From NCBI GenBank assembly GCA_963668315.1, contig OY764216.1, positions 224,001 through 288,000 on the forward strand: DNA of 64,000 nucleotides, read 5' to 3'. The translations under genes and the position numbers were made by a program. Below are positions 42,082 through 50,974 of the stretch, in pieces. The notes under the pieces were generated by a model. The model was not told where the DNA came from. It saw only the letters and a program-made list of their open reading frames with translations, and did not search any database. Positions within the stretch are counted from its first letter, which is position 1. Every line of letters begins with the position of its first letter. The stretch comes from Spirochaetia bacterium. GTDB lineage: Bacteria > Spirochaetota > Spirochaetia > DSM-2461.

Positions 42082-44988
42082 CTAGAGCAGGGATTTCCTG
42101 TTCTCCTTGAGAGCGGGCCAGCTCTGGGATGCTTTGTCCAGGAGAGATTCGCCGGAAATAACCGTAAGGGTCATTCCTTCCCAATGGGACGCCAGCGATT
42201 CGGCCGCCCGGCGGAGATCCTCCGGCTGCAGGGACAGAAGGGTATCCCTCTTTTCCTGTCGCAGTTGATCGGTGATGCCGTAAATGTCTCGTCTCATGGC
42301 CAGTATTCCCTTTTCCAGAGGAGCCAGAGGTTTCAGATCCTTCCCGATAACCCCGATGAGGGCTCTTTCCAGGTCTTCTCTGGTCAGCTGGCGGGGATAC
42401 TCCGTGAGCCCCTTGAGAAAGGTATCTATGGTTTTGACAATCTGCGGATCCCTGTAGGACGAGAAACTGAAATACCCGTCCAGCCCCGAAAGAGAAGCGG
42501 ACGCTCCGTAGGCTCCCCCTTTCATACGAACCTCTTCCCAGAGATAACCGGAACGGAGGAGGTGGGAGAGAACGAGCTGGGCCGAGTACTCCCGGGTCCC
42601 CAGCATGGCTCCCTTGATGGAAGCGCCGATATAGGAGACGTCGGCGGGTATCTTATAGGCTTCGATGCCATGCCCGTCCACGGCGGGGGCCGCAATAAAA
42701 CCGGAGCCCTTCCGCTCTCCCAGTCCGTCGAGCAGAGCTTCGGCTCGGCGCCGGAGGATCTCTCCCGAACCGGGGTCGCCGGTTACATTGACCAGACACT
42801 CCTGTCCCTGGAAAACCTTCTCCTTGATTCCCCAGAAAAGGGAACCCAGCCGTTTCATTTCGTCCTTCTTAACGGAGCAGGATGCCAGATGGAAATACTG
42901 GTCCAGGCCGTACCAGTGCTCTTCCAGAGCGGTGGAGGCCGTATAGCCGCGGACGGAGTGGGAAACGGCATAGGACGATCCGGAAGGAACGAAGGAGCTG
43001 CGGTAGTCGTTCTTCAGCTCAGAGAGCAGCTCCCCCATCCGCCGGGAATCGGAGAAATCCACCCGGGAGATAAATCTCTCGGCCAGATCCATTCCCTCTT
43101 CCAGCTGGGACTGAAGCATTCTGACCCGAATGACCAGATGGGATGTCAGGTTATCCGTCCCCAGAGTAGTGCCCGCTTCCAGAGAGGCGGTCAATCCTCC
43201 CAATTTCATGGCGATTTCCTGGGCGGCCTCGTGGTAACTCAGCCCGGGGAGGCCCACTTCAAAGAAAATCTGCGTAAAGAAGGGCAGCCAGAGAATCTCC
43301 TCATCGGTCAGATTGGAAAGGGGAAAGAAGAGATCAAGGTAAAGGATACCGTTGGTAAAAAACTCATGGCGGTAGAACGTACGCCCCCCTTCAACACTTT
43401 TCTCCGAGGGAATCGTGATGATTTCCCGGGGGATATCGTCCTGATGGAGACAGGGAACGACCGAAGGATCGTCCGGAGCTTCCTGAAACTCCCGGAGCTT
43501 TCTGTTGCTTTCCCTTATCCCATCGGCTTCTTCCCGGGTCAGGCCAGCCTGTGTTTCGTCCAGCTGCCGGCGGAGTTCCTCTTCCTTGCGGGACATCAGA
43601 TCCCCGTCGGGATAGACGGTGACATGGCTCCTGTGGGGATTGTCCAGAAGATAGGTCTTGATGAGGTTCTCAAAGTACCCCTTCTCCCGGGCTTCCTCTC
43701 TTATGATATTAATCCATTTTTCAAAGTAAAGTGTATCGCTGGGTCCCATGCCGTGAAGCCAGCCGCGGATGGACTTATGCATGAGACGGTAGCCGAAGGG
43801 GATCCCCCCGCGGATTTCCCTCTCCCGGAATTCCTGGCGGCGGAATGTTCCTTCAATCAGCTCTTCAGAAAGTCCCTCATTGACGATCTTCTCCAGGGTG
43901 GAGAAAACCAGGGCGGAGAATTTCTCGCCCTCTTCCCTTTCGGCCCCGCGGATTCCCACGGAAAACAGCGTCTCGTACAGGGCAAGATCCAGACCCGATA
44001 CGGGGGAAAGATCGTCGCCCAGCTCGGACTGCTCGATGGCCAGCTGCAGGGGCGCCCCGGAATTGCCCAGAAGGATGGCGGACAGGACCCGGAGAGCCGT
44101 CAGTACTTTCACACTGGTTACCGGCTCCAGAAGCCAGTTTATGGAGTGGGTTGATCCCGATTCATCCTCGGAGGCGGGAGCGGGCACGGAGAGATAACGC
44201 GGTTCGGTCCATCTTTTCTGCAGGGGAAATTCCACATTGATCTCTTTCCTGTCAAAGCGGGAAAGAAAATTCCTGTCCAGAAAATCCAGGGTCTTCTCGC
44301 CGGGGATGTCTCCGTAAAGGAAGATCCGGCAGTTGGACGGATGGTAATAGGTTTCGTGAAAAGCCCTGAACTGCTCGTAGGTCAGCTCGGGGATATGAAC
44401 GGGGTCTCCTCCCGCATCGTACTGAAGGGGGCCTTCGGTATAAAGGGAGCAGTAGGAATTCTCCGAAACGACGGAATCAAAGGAGGAGTAATCCCCCTTC
44501 ATCTCATTATAGACGATTCCCACCCTCTGCAGCCGGCCGTCCTCATCGAATTCCAGGTGATGTCCTTCCTGCTCGAAGGCCTCTTTTCTGAGGAGAGGAA
44601 AGAAGACGGCGTCCCCGTAAATCATCATCAGATTGAAAAAGTCCTTCTCCACCACGCTGGCGGCGGGGAATATGGTGTCGTCGCTGCCGGTTCCGGCGTT
44701 CAGATAGGTATTCATACTGCCCCGGTACAGGGTAATGAAGGGATCTTTTATATGAAAACGCTCCGATCCGCACAGGACGGTATGCTCCATGATATGGGCG
44801 ACACCGGTACTGTTCTCGGGGGGCGTGCGAAAGGCGAAGCAGAAAAGATTTTCCTCATCATCGCTGGCCACATGATAAACTTCACAGCCGCTTTTGATAT
44901 GCTCGAAGTGGGTACCCTTGCTTCTGTATTCCGAGAGATCGTTCTCTTCCAGTATTTTATAGGCGGGATGAACCGATTTTTGCGCCAT
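42082..44988 (-). CDS. M16C insulinase-family (presequence protease-like) metallopeptidase
   Basis: HIMEH (HxxEH), VYNEMKG, VRMKGGAYG and SYRDP motifs. Confidence 0.95.
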   Translation of the reverse strand: MAQKSVHPAYKILEENDLSEYRSKGTHFEHIKSGCEVYHVASDDEENLFCFAFRTPPENSTGVAHIMEHTVLCGSERFHIKDPFITLYRGSMNTYLNAGTGSDDTIFPAASVVEKDFFNLMMIYGDAVFFPLLRKEAFEQEGHHLEFDEDGRLQRVGIVYNEMKGDYSSFDSVVSENSYCSLYTEGPLQYDAGGDPVHIPELTYEQFRAFHETYYHPSNCRIFLYGDIPGEKTLDFLDRNFLSRFDRKEINVEFPLQKRWTEPRYLSVPAPASEDESGSTHSINWLLEPVTSVKVLTALRVLSAILLGNSGAPLQLAIEQSELGDDLSPVSGLDLALYETLFSVGIRGAEREEGEKFSALVFSTLEKIVNEGLSEELIEGTFRRQEFREREIRGGIPFGYRLMHKSIRGWLHGMGPSDTLYFEKWINIIREEAREKGYFENLIKTYLLDNPHRSHVTVYPDGDLMSRKEEELRRQLDETQAGLTREEADGIRESNRKLREFQEAPDDPSVVPCLHQDDIPREIITIPSEKSVEGGRTFYRHEFFTNGILYLDLFFPLSNLTDEEILWLPFFTQIFFEVGLPGLSYHEAAQEIAMKLGGLTASLEAGTTLGTDNLTSHLVIRVRMLQSQLEEGMDLAERFISRVDFSDSRRMGELLSELKNDYRSSFVPSGSSYAVSHSVRGYTASTALEEHWYGLDQYFHLASCSVKKDEMKRLGSLFWGIKEKVFQGQECLVNVTGDPGSGEILRRRAEALLDGLGERKGSGFIAAPAVDGHGIEAYKIPADVSYIGASIKGAMLGTREYSAQLVLSHLLRSGYLWEEVRMKGGAYGASASLSGLDGYFSFSSYRDPQIVKTIDTFLKGLTEYPRQLTREDLERALIGVIGKDLKPLAPLEKGILAMRRDIYGITDQLRQEKRDTLLSLQPEDLRRAAESLASHWEGMTLTVISGESLLDKASQSWPALKENRKSLL

Positions 44989-45412
44989 ATTCAGGCTCCT
45001 TGATAGACGTGATTTGGGAAATATGCCTGCCCCGGCCTGTCTCCAACGAACCTTTCCAGTGACGGATATTTCCGAAGTCCATTACGTTGAAGTAGCCGTT
45101 GCGGCTCAGATATTCCGCAGCCTTGCGGGTCTCTTTGCGGTTTTTACCGCTGATGATAATAGTCAGAAACATATCTTCCACGGGCAGATAATCCATTTCC
45201 TCTCCGGGAAAGGATACGGCGCCGGGGATATGTCCCGCCTCATAAAGCTTTTTCGATCTGATATCGCATAGAAGAAAGTCATATTGATCCTGACTGTCCA
45301 GGAGACGGGCGAGTTTTCTATTAAGCTGTAGACGTTTTTTAATACTCTTCGTTCCGAACCAGACCGCTGCGATCAATACGGCGGCCAGGACAGGAACTAT
45401 TACAAAAATCAT
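44957..45412 (-). CDS. Membrane-anchored rhodanese-like protein lacking the catalytic Cys
   Basis: DIRS...YEAGHIPGA; active loop reads IISGKN instead of xxCxxG. Confidence 0.75.
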   Translation of the reverse strand: MIFVIVPVLAAVLIAAVWFGTKSIKKRLQLNRKLARLLDSQDQYDFLLCDIRSKKLYEAGHIPGAVSFPGEEMDYLPVEDMFLTIIISGKNRKETRKAAEYLSRNGYFNVMDFGNIRHWKGSLETGRGRHISQITSIKEPEYGAKIGSSRL

Positions 45413-45485
45413 TGCAGTCCCATAGTAACACAGGCGCATGACAAAGGCTAGAAGCCCCGGTCTGCTCCCGGATAAAATAAGAGCG

Positions 45486-45512
45486 AAAAAAAACCCCGGG
45501 GATACCGGGGAT
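45486..45512 (-). terminator. rpsU intrinsic terminator
   Basis: ccccgg-tatcc-ccgggg then T8 on the minus strand. Confidence 0.8.
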
Positions 45513-45547
45513 TCAGTTAATCAGGACGTAAGCCCTAGGATAAACGC

Positions 45548-45766
45548 TTAATAACCGCGGCCATTCTGCGCTTTTCTTGTTTTTTTATCCTGCTTTCTTT
45601 TCAGGGCTTTGTTTTTACGATTTTTGATGGTAGAAGGCTTTTCGAAGTATTCTCTCTTCTTCCACTCGCGGATAATACCTTCCTTTTCGACCTGACGCTT
45701 GAACCGCTTGATCGCTTTTTCCAGGATCTCGTCATCCCCAATCTTTACGTAGGCGATATGAATCAC
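45548..45766 (-). CDS. rpsU: 30S ribosomal protein S21 (true start possibly ATC at 45757)
   Basis: [10 protein letters not shown]...REYFEKPS motif. Confidence 0.96.
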   Translation of the reverse strand: MIHIAYVKIGDDEILEKAIKRFKRQVEKEGIIREWKKREYFEKPSTIKNRKNKALKRKQDKKTRKAQNGRGY

Positions 45767-45793
45767 CCCCTTTTTTTATAGAGTAAAGTTTTT

Positions 45794-46729
45794 TTACTCC
45801 ATATAAAGACTTTTGTCAATAAGGTTTGTATCCAAAAAGGGCATAGGATCAACGGCGACCCGGGAAATTCTCATTTCCCAGTGAAGATGGGGTCCAGTGG
45901 CGAGTCCGGTCATGCCCAGAGTCCCCACAATCTGCCCCGGTTCAACCATATCGCCCTCCCGGCATTTCAGCTCATCCAGGTGGTAATAAAGCACAAATAC
46001 ACCGGGAAGAAGTTCGAGCATAACCGTGTTCCCCGTAACGATTCTCTTCTCGGCCATGACGATTCGTCCCCGCCCGGCCGCTTTGACAGGGGTTCCCGTG
46101 GGAGCGGCCCAGTCCCAGCCGTTATGCAGGCTTTTCGCTTCAGAACCGTCATTGTACCGGTATATCCGGCGGCAGCCGAAATCGGTGGTGATTCTGTAAT
46201 CATCCATGGGAGAGACAAGGGAGCCCGTGGTGAACCGGCTCTCCCTGTCAAAGGAGGCAAGTACGGACCAGAGCTTCTGGGCCTGGGATGTCTTCTCCGG
46301 ATCTTCCTTGGTACGGATATCGGTGAGTTCCGTATTCAGGGCCAGAACCTCGGACGGGTACTCCAGAGGGGTAATTCCCAGTCTCTTCTCCATTATGACG
46401 ATTCCGCCGGACCCATCCATGCGGCAGTCCAGGGTATAGGTTCCCTCTTCCAGGTCGGAGGGGATTCCCAGCAGGGCGCACCAGACCGGTTCGGCCATGC
46501 CCTCGGCGGGATATAGAAAAAAGCGGCTTCGGGAAAAGACCCGGGTATCTCCCCGGGAAAGGGATATTTCCCCTCCGGAAAAAGCTTCCCCCTCTCCGGG
46601 AGTGACGAAAACCGTCATGCCCTTTCCCTGCTCGGCATAATCGCGGCAGATGATCACCCCGGCGGATAAAAGCACATGCGTTCCCAGTAAAAATAATCCG
46701 GCAAGAACCGTTTTTCTCCATCCGCTCAA
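45794..46729 (-). CDS. M23 family metallopeptidase
   Basis: HNGWD, YYHL and TGPHLHW motifs; signal peptide. Confidence 0.92.
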   Translation of the reverse strand: MSGWRKTVLAGLFLLGTHVLLSAGVIICRDYAEQGKGMTVFVTPGEGEAFSGGEISLSRGDTRVFSRSRFFLYPAEGMAEPVWCALLGIPSDLEEGTYTLDCRMDGSGGIVIMEKRLGITPLEYPSEVLALNTELTDIRTKEDPEKTSQAQKLWSVLASFDRESRFTTGSLVSPMDDYRITTDFGCRRIYRYNDGSEAKSLHNGWDWAAPTGTPVKAAGRGRIVMAEKRIVTGNTVMLELLPGVFVLYYHLDELKCREGDMVEPGQIVGTLGMTGLATGPHLHWEMRISRVAVDPMPFLDTNLIDKSLYME

Positions 46730-48837
46730 TCTTCGCTCCTCTTTAAGTCCTGTATGTTCAGCTGAAGGGTCTGCCTGTTTCTGAAATAGTTCTTCTCCAG
46801 CTTGAAAAGTATATCAATATTATCATTGCGGTTAAAGTCTTTTTTGTAACGGTCCACGCTGTTCCAGTACAGGGCGGGCCATTTCTTATCGGCCGTGGAA
46901 AGGAGCATTTTCAAATGAACTCCCTCTTTGCCCACCAGCTCGATATTCTCAATCCCTATCCCGTTGGTCTGAAAAATGAGAGAGGGAAAGGCTTCGCCGT
47001 AGGGTTCCAGTTTATCAATAATGCGGTCCAGATCCTCGTTAAGATAGGGAGCGGGCAGCTCCGCGTCGACCTGAATGAAATCCTCCCTTACTTCGGGAAC
47101 GAAATCCTCCAGTTTCAGGATAAGTTCTTTCTTGAACCGGGAGAGGCTTTCGGTGGGCAGGGAAAAACCAGCGGCGAATTCGTGGCCGCCCCAGTCATCG
47201 AAGAGAAAGGCCAGCCGCTCCAAGAGAGAGGTAATGCCTCCCCCCTCCATGGCGCGGACCGACCCGGAAGCCGTCTGTTCTCCCAGGGAAAGGATCATGG
47301 CGGGAACATGGTAATACTGACTGTACCTTGCCGCCAGAATACCCGTAATCCCCCGGGGAATGCGGTCCGATGCCAGGTAGATAAGCTTCTCACCGCATTC
47401 GGCCAGGCTCTTCTCCGCTTCGGGGCGAAGTTCTTCCCACAGGGTATCCCCCACTTCCCTTCTCTTCCGGTAGAGTTCGTCTATCTGGTTAGCCATATCA
47501 TAGATCTGCCTGTCGTCGTCGGAGAGAAGGAACTCCACGGCCAGATCGGCCCTGTCCATACGGCCCGCCCCGTTGAGCCAGGGAGCCACATACCAGCTCA
47601 AGTCTTCGGCTCTGACAGTCCGGTCCAGCAGTTTACGCCTCAAGAGGATCTCCCGCAGGTTCTTCCGCATAGTCCGGTTCAGGAGGTCCATGCCTCTTTT
47701 CACCAGGATGCGGTTCTCATTGACCAGGGGCATCATGTCCGCGACGGTCCCCAGGGCGACCAGATCCAGAGAGTTGGCCCATACCTGGAACCGGTTGTTC
47801 TCTTTTTTGAGAAACAGGGAAACAAACAGACTGGCCAGGACATCCACAAGACACCCGCCGTCCATCCCGTAAAGGGCCATACGGCTCCTCTCCTGAAGCT
47901 GGGGAAGAGTCTGCCCGCGCAGGGACGGGAAACTGTGATAGATATCCTGCTTCAGATCGAAAAGATGGATATCGAACCCCTGACCGAGATAGAGTGTCAA
48001 CCGTCTTTTCTCCTCCGGTTCGGAGAAGACGAAGATGGGCTGCCCCCTAAGGAAATCCACCATTTTCATGGCCCCCTCTTCCCCTTCCCCCGAGCGGATA
48101 ATCAGCCGGGAGGTCGTACGGAGGTTCAGCATTTTCACCATCTCGATAACCAGTTCCTCCCCCTCCTGGCGGGTGACGAGAAAAACCATGTTCTGGTTAT
48201 AGTAATCGCTGCCCGACAATGCGAGCGCCCAGAGGACCTTGGAAACCACTCCGCATCCGGCCAGTTCCCTGAAGGGATAGGCCGTATCGGGGATTTTGGG
48301 ATTGATGACAGCCAGTGCATCGGGCAGGGTATCCCGGCATTCGTGATGATCGAAGATCAGCGTATCCACTCCCAGTTCATTGGCCCGGTCCACTTCGGCG
48401 AAACTGGTTATGCCGTTATCTACCGTAATAATGAGAGAGCCCCCCTGGGCGGCGAAATCCTCCACGGCCTGAACGGAAAGCCCGTAGGTTTCCCCCTCGG
48501 CGGGTACGCGCCATTCCGGCTCCAGATCCATGGCCCGGAGGGCTTTGACGATAAGCACGGTAGAGGTCATGCCGTCCACATCACGGTCGCCGAATACCAG
48601 GACTTTCTCGCTCTCCTCCCGGGCGGCGTGAAGACGGTCCACCACGGTCTCCATATCTTCAAAGAGAAAAGGGTTGTGAAGATAACGCAGATCCTCTTCC
48701 AGAAAATAGCATATTTCCGATGGCTCCTTGATATCTCGCCGTATAAGGATAGACGCGGTAAGGGTATCAATGCCGAATTTTCGGGAAATGTCCCGCACCT
48801 CATCGGAAAGGATAGGCTTTTTTTTCCAGTCCGTCAT
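46726..48837 (-). CDS. recJ: Single-stranded-DNA exonuclease RecJ with ~130-aa internal insertion
   Basis: GDRDVDG, TVDNG, DHH, GTVAD, GGHEFAAG and EPYG motifs. Confidence 0.95.
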   Translation of the reverse strand: MTDWKKKPILSDEVRDISRKFGIDTLTASILIRRDIKEPSEICYFLEEDLRYLHNPFLFEDMETVVDRLHAAREESEKVLVFGDRDVDGMTSTVLIVKALRAMDLEPEWRVPAEGETYGLSVQAVEDFAAQGGSLIITVDNGITSFAEVDRANELGVDTLIFDHHECRDTLPDALAVINPKIPDTAYPFRELAGCGVVSKVLWALALSGSDYYNQNMVFLVTRQEGEELVIEMVKMLNLRTTSRLIIRSGEGEEGAMKMVDFLRGQPIFVFSEPEEKRRLTLYLGQGFDIHLFDLKQDIYHSFPSLRGQTLPQLQERSRMALYGMDGGCLVDVLASLFVSLFLKKENNRFQVWANSLDLVALGTVADMMPLVNENRILVKRGMDLLNRTMRKNLREILLRRKLLDRTVRAEDLSWYVAPWLNGAGRMDRADLAVEFLLSDDDRQIYDMANQIDELYRKRREVGDTLWEELRPEAEKSLAECGEKLIYLASDRIPRGITGILAARYSQYYHVPAMILSLGEQTASGSVRAMEGGGITSLLERLAFLFDDWGGHEFAAGFSLPTESLSRFKKELILKLEDFVPEVREDFIQVDAELPAPYLNEDLDRIIDKLEPYGEAFPSLIFQTNGIGIENIELVGKEGVHLKMLLSTADKKWPALYWNSVDRYKKDFNRNDNIDILFKLEKNYFRNRQTLQLNIQDLKRSED

Positions 48838-50144
48838 AAAGCCTTGATTTCCTGAAGAATAAGGGATTTCCCTTCGGGACGCTCCCTTCCGATAACGTAG
48901 GCATTCTTAATCATCTCCCGAACAACCTTCCCCGTCTCCTCCGACTCGGCCCAGATGCGCACGAGGCTCTCTCCGGCCGATACGGGATCGCCTTTTTTCT
49001 TCAGAAGTTCATATCCTACCAGGGGTTCAACACTGTCTTCCGTCCTGTTGCGGCCGACGCCCAGGGGGATGCCGGCCATTCCCAGGGCGTAGGAATCAAT
49101 CGAGGTCACATACCCCTCCTCCCGGGCGGGCAGTTCCAGAGAACAGGCGGCCCGCGCCTTGTTCTCCATGGCCAGAAGCTTATCCCTGTCGCCGCCCTGG
49201 AGGGTAACATTTTCCAGAAATTTCTCCATGGCAGAACCGTCAGCTATCCGGGCGCGGCACAGGGCAAGGGCTTCCTCCACGGTGGAGGCGATTCCTCCGG
49301 CCACCACCATCCAGGCGGTAAGGCGCAGGGTCACTTCCATCAGGTCTTCGGGACCTTCCCCCCGCAGACAGGCAAGGGATTCCTCCACTTCCAGAAAATT
49401 TCCCACCTTGCGGCCCAGCGGTTCATCCATATCGGTGATAACCGCCACGATCTTTCGGTCCAGGCTCCGGCCCGTCTCAACAAGACTCACCGCCAGCCTT
49501 TCCGCGTCTTCCCGGGTCTTCATAAAGGCCCCGGCTCCGCACTTCACGTCGAAGATCAGCGACTGGGCTCCTTCGGCGAATTTCTTGCTCATGATGCTGG
49601 CCGTGATCAAGGGAACGGACTCCACGGTTCCGGTCACATCCCGCAGGGCGTACATGAGCCGGTCGGCGGGAACCACATCTTTACTTTGTCCGGTCATGGC
49701 GAAGCCGATATCCTCCAGGCCCCTGCGGAACAGGTCTTCGGAAATCACCGACCGGTATCCGGGAATGGAGTCAAGCTTATCCAGGGTCCCCCCCGTATGG
49801 CCCAGGGCCCGGCCGCTCATCATGGGAACTTTCACTCCGCAGGCCGCCGCCAGAGGCGCCAGAATAAGGGAAACCTTATCCCCCACACCGCCGGTGGAGT
49901 GCTTGTCCACCAGGGGGCCGCCCACGGAAGAGAGATGAAAGACTTTTCCCGAATCGATCATGGCCCTGGTGAGAAAGCCGGTCTCTTCAAAAGACATTCC
50001 CTGAAAGTACACGGCCATAAGCCAGGCGGATATCTGATAGGCGGGGATCTCTTCGGACACGTAGCCCTTCACAAGAAAGCCGATTTCCTCGGCCGTCAGC
50101 TCCCCTCCGTTCCTTTTCTTCAATATCAAATCGGTCATTCTCAT
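48834..50144 (-). CDS. pdp: Pyrimidine-nucleoside/thymidine phosphorylase
   Basis: DKHSTGGVGDK, SGRALGHTGGTLDKL and SIMSKK motifs. Confidence 0.95.
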   Translation of the reverse strand: MRMTDLILKKRNGGELTAEEIGFLVKGYVSEEIPAYQISAWLMAVYFQGMSFEETGFLTRAMIDSGKVFHLSSVGGPLVDKHSTGGVGDKVSLILAPLAAACGVKVPMMSGRALGHTGGTLDKLDSIPGYRSVISEDLFRRGLEDIGFAMTGQSKDVVPADRLMYALRDVTGTVESVPLITASIMSKKFAEGAQSLIFDVKCGAGAFMKTREDAERLAVSLVETGRSLDRKIVAVITDMDEPLGRKVGNFLEVEESLACLRGEGPEDLMEVTLRLTAWMVVAGGIASTVEEALALCRARIADGSAMEKFLENVTLQGGDRDKLLAMENKARAACSLELPAREEGYVTSIDSYALGMAGIPLGVGRNRTEDSVEPLVGYELLKKKGDPVSAGESLVRIWAESEETGKVVREMIKNAYVIGRERPEGKSLILQEIKAL

Positions 50145-50173
50145 ACAATAATCCTCCTCAATGGGGACACCCG

Positions 50174-50971
50174 CTAAAGGGCATGACCCGATAACTGTTC
50201 ATAATCGGTGGCGGAAAAAAACCGGATATAGGGTTTCTCCGTCAGCAGATTTTCCATATCCAGACCGTAGAGACGGCTGATATATCCCGTAACCGACGCC
50301 CGGCCGGAGAGTCCGGCAGCGGCAAGAGCCTGGTCCAGCCCTGTCCCCTTCTTTATCATATTCGCGGCCCGGGCAAGCTTCACCGTAAAAAGAAAATGGG
50401 TCAGGGGAATCCCGGAAAGATGAAAGAATGATTTTTCCAGCTCGCCGTCGGACATGTTAAAACAGCCCGCCAGGGCCCTTATATTCAGATTTTCCCGGGC
50501 CATTGATTCGACCTGTTTGAAAATTCGGTTAAGCTCCACGCTCCATCCCAGGGAGTAGGACTTGATTCCCAGAAGATGGGAGAGCAGAAATTCCCATAAT
50601 TCCCGGATCCGATAGGGGGAAAATTCGCTGTCAAGACCAAGACCGAGGGAATCCATCCTGTCAAAACCGGATGTTCCGCACAGCCAGGTTTTACCCGACT
50701 CACCGATGGTCCGGCTAATGAGCTGAGCCAACCGGGACTCGGGATGGAGATAACCGAAAAACTGCCATCCCCTGCTCCCGTCAATGGTATGATCCACTCC
50801 GGGCCCCAGGGCCAGAAGAGAGCATTCAAAGGATTCTCCCCCCACACTCACCTTCATGGGACCGTTAAAGGATGCGGCCACCTCCACGGAATCATGGGAA
50901 AACTCTTCAGGCTCGTTGATAATTCCCATGCCCAGGAGATACCCCAGGAACAGCCAATAGTCCTGCCTCAA
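50174..50971 (-). CDS. AraC-family transcriptional regulator (divergent)
   Basis: Cupin-like N-terminus; LAGCFNMSDGELEKSF...GIP HTH1; weak HTH2; TTG start. Confidence 0.6.
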   Translation of the reverse strand: MRQDYWLFLGYLLGMGIINEPEEFSHDSVEVAASFNGPMKVSVGGESFECSLLALGPGVDHTIDGSRGWQFFGYLHPESRLAQLISRTIGESGKTWLCGTSGFDRMDSLGLGLDSEFSPYRIRELWEFLLSHLLGIKSYSLGWSVELNRIFKQVESMARENLNIRALAGCFNMSDGELEKSFFHLSGIPLTHFLFTVKLARAANMIKKGTGLDQALAAAGLSGRASVTGYISRLYGLDMENLLTEKPYIRFFSATDYEQLSGHAL

Positions 50972-50974
50972 TCA

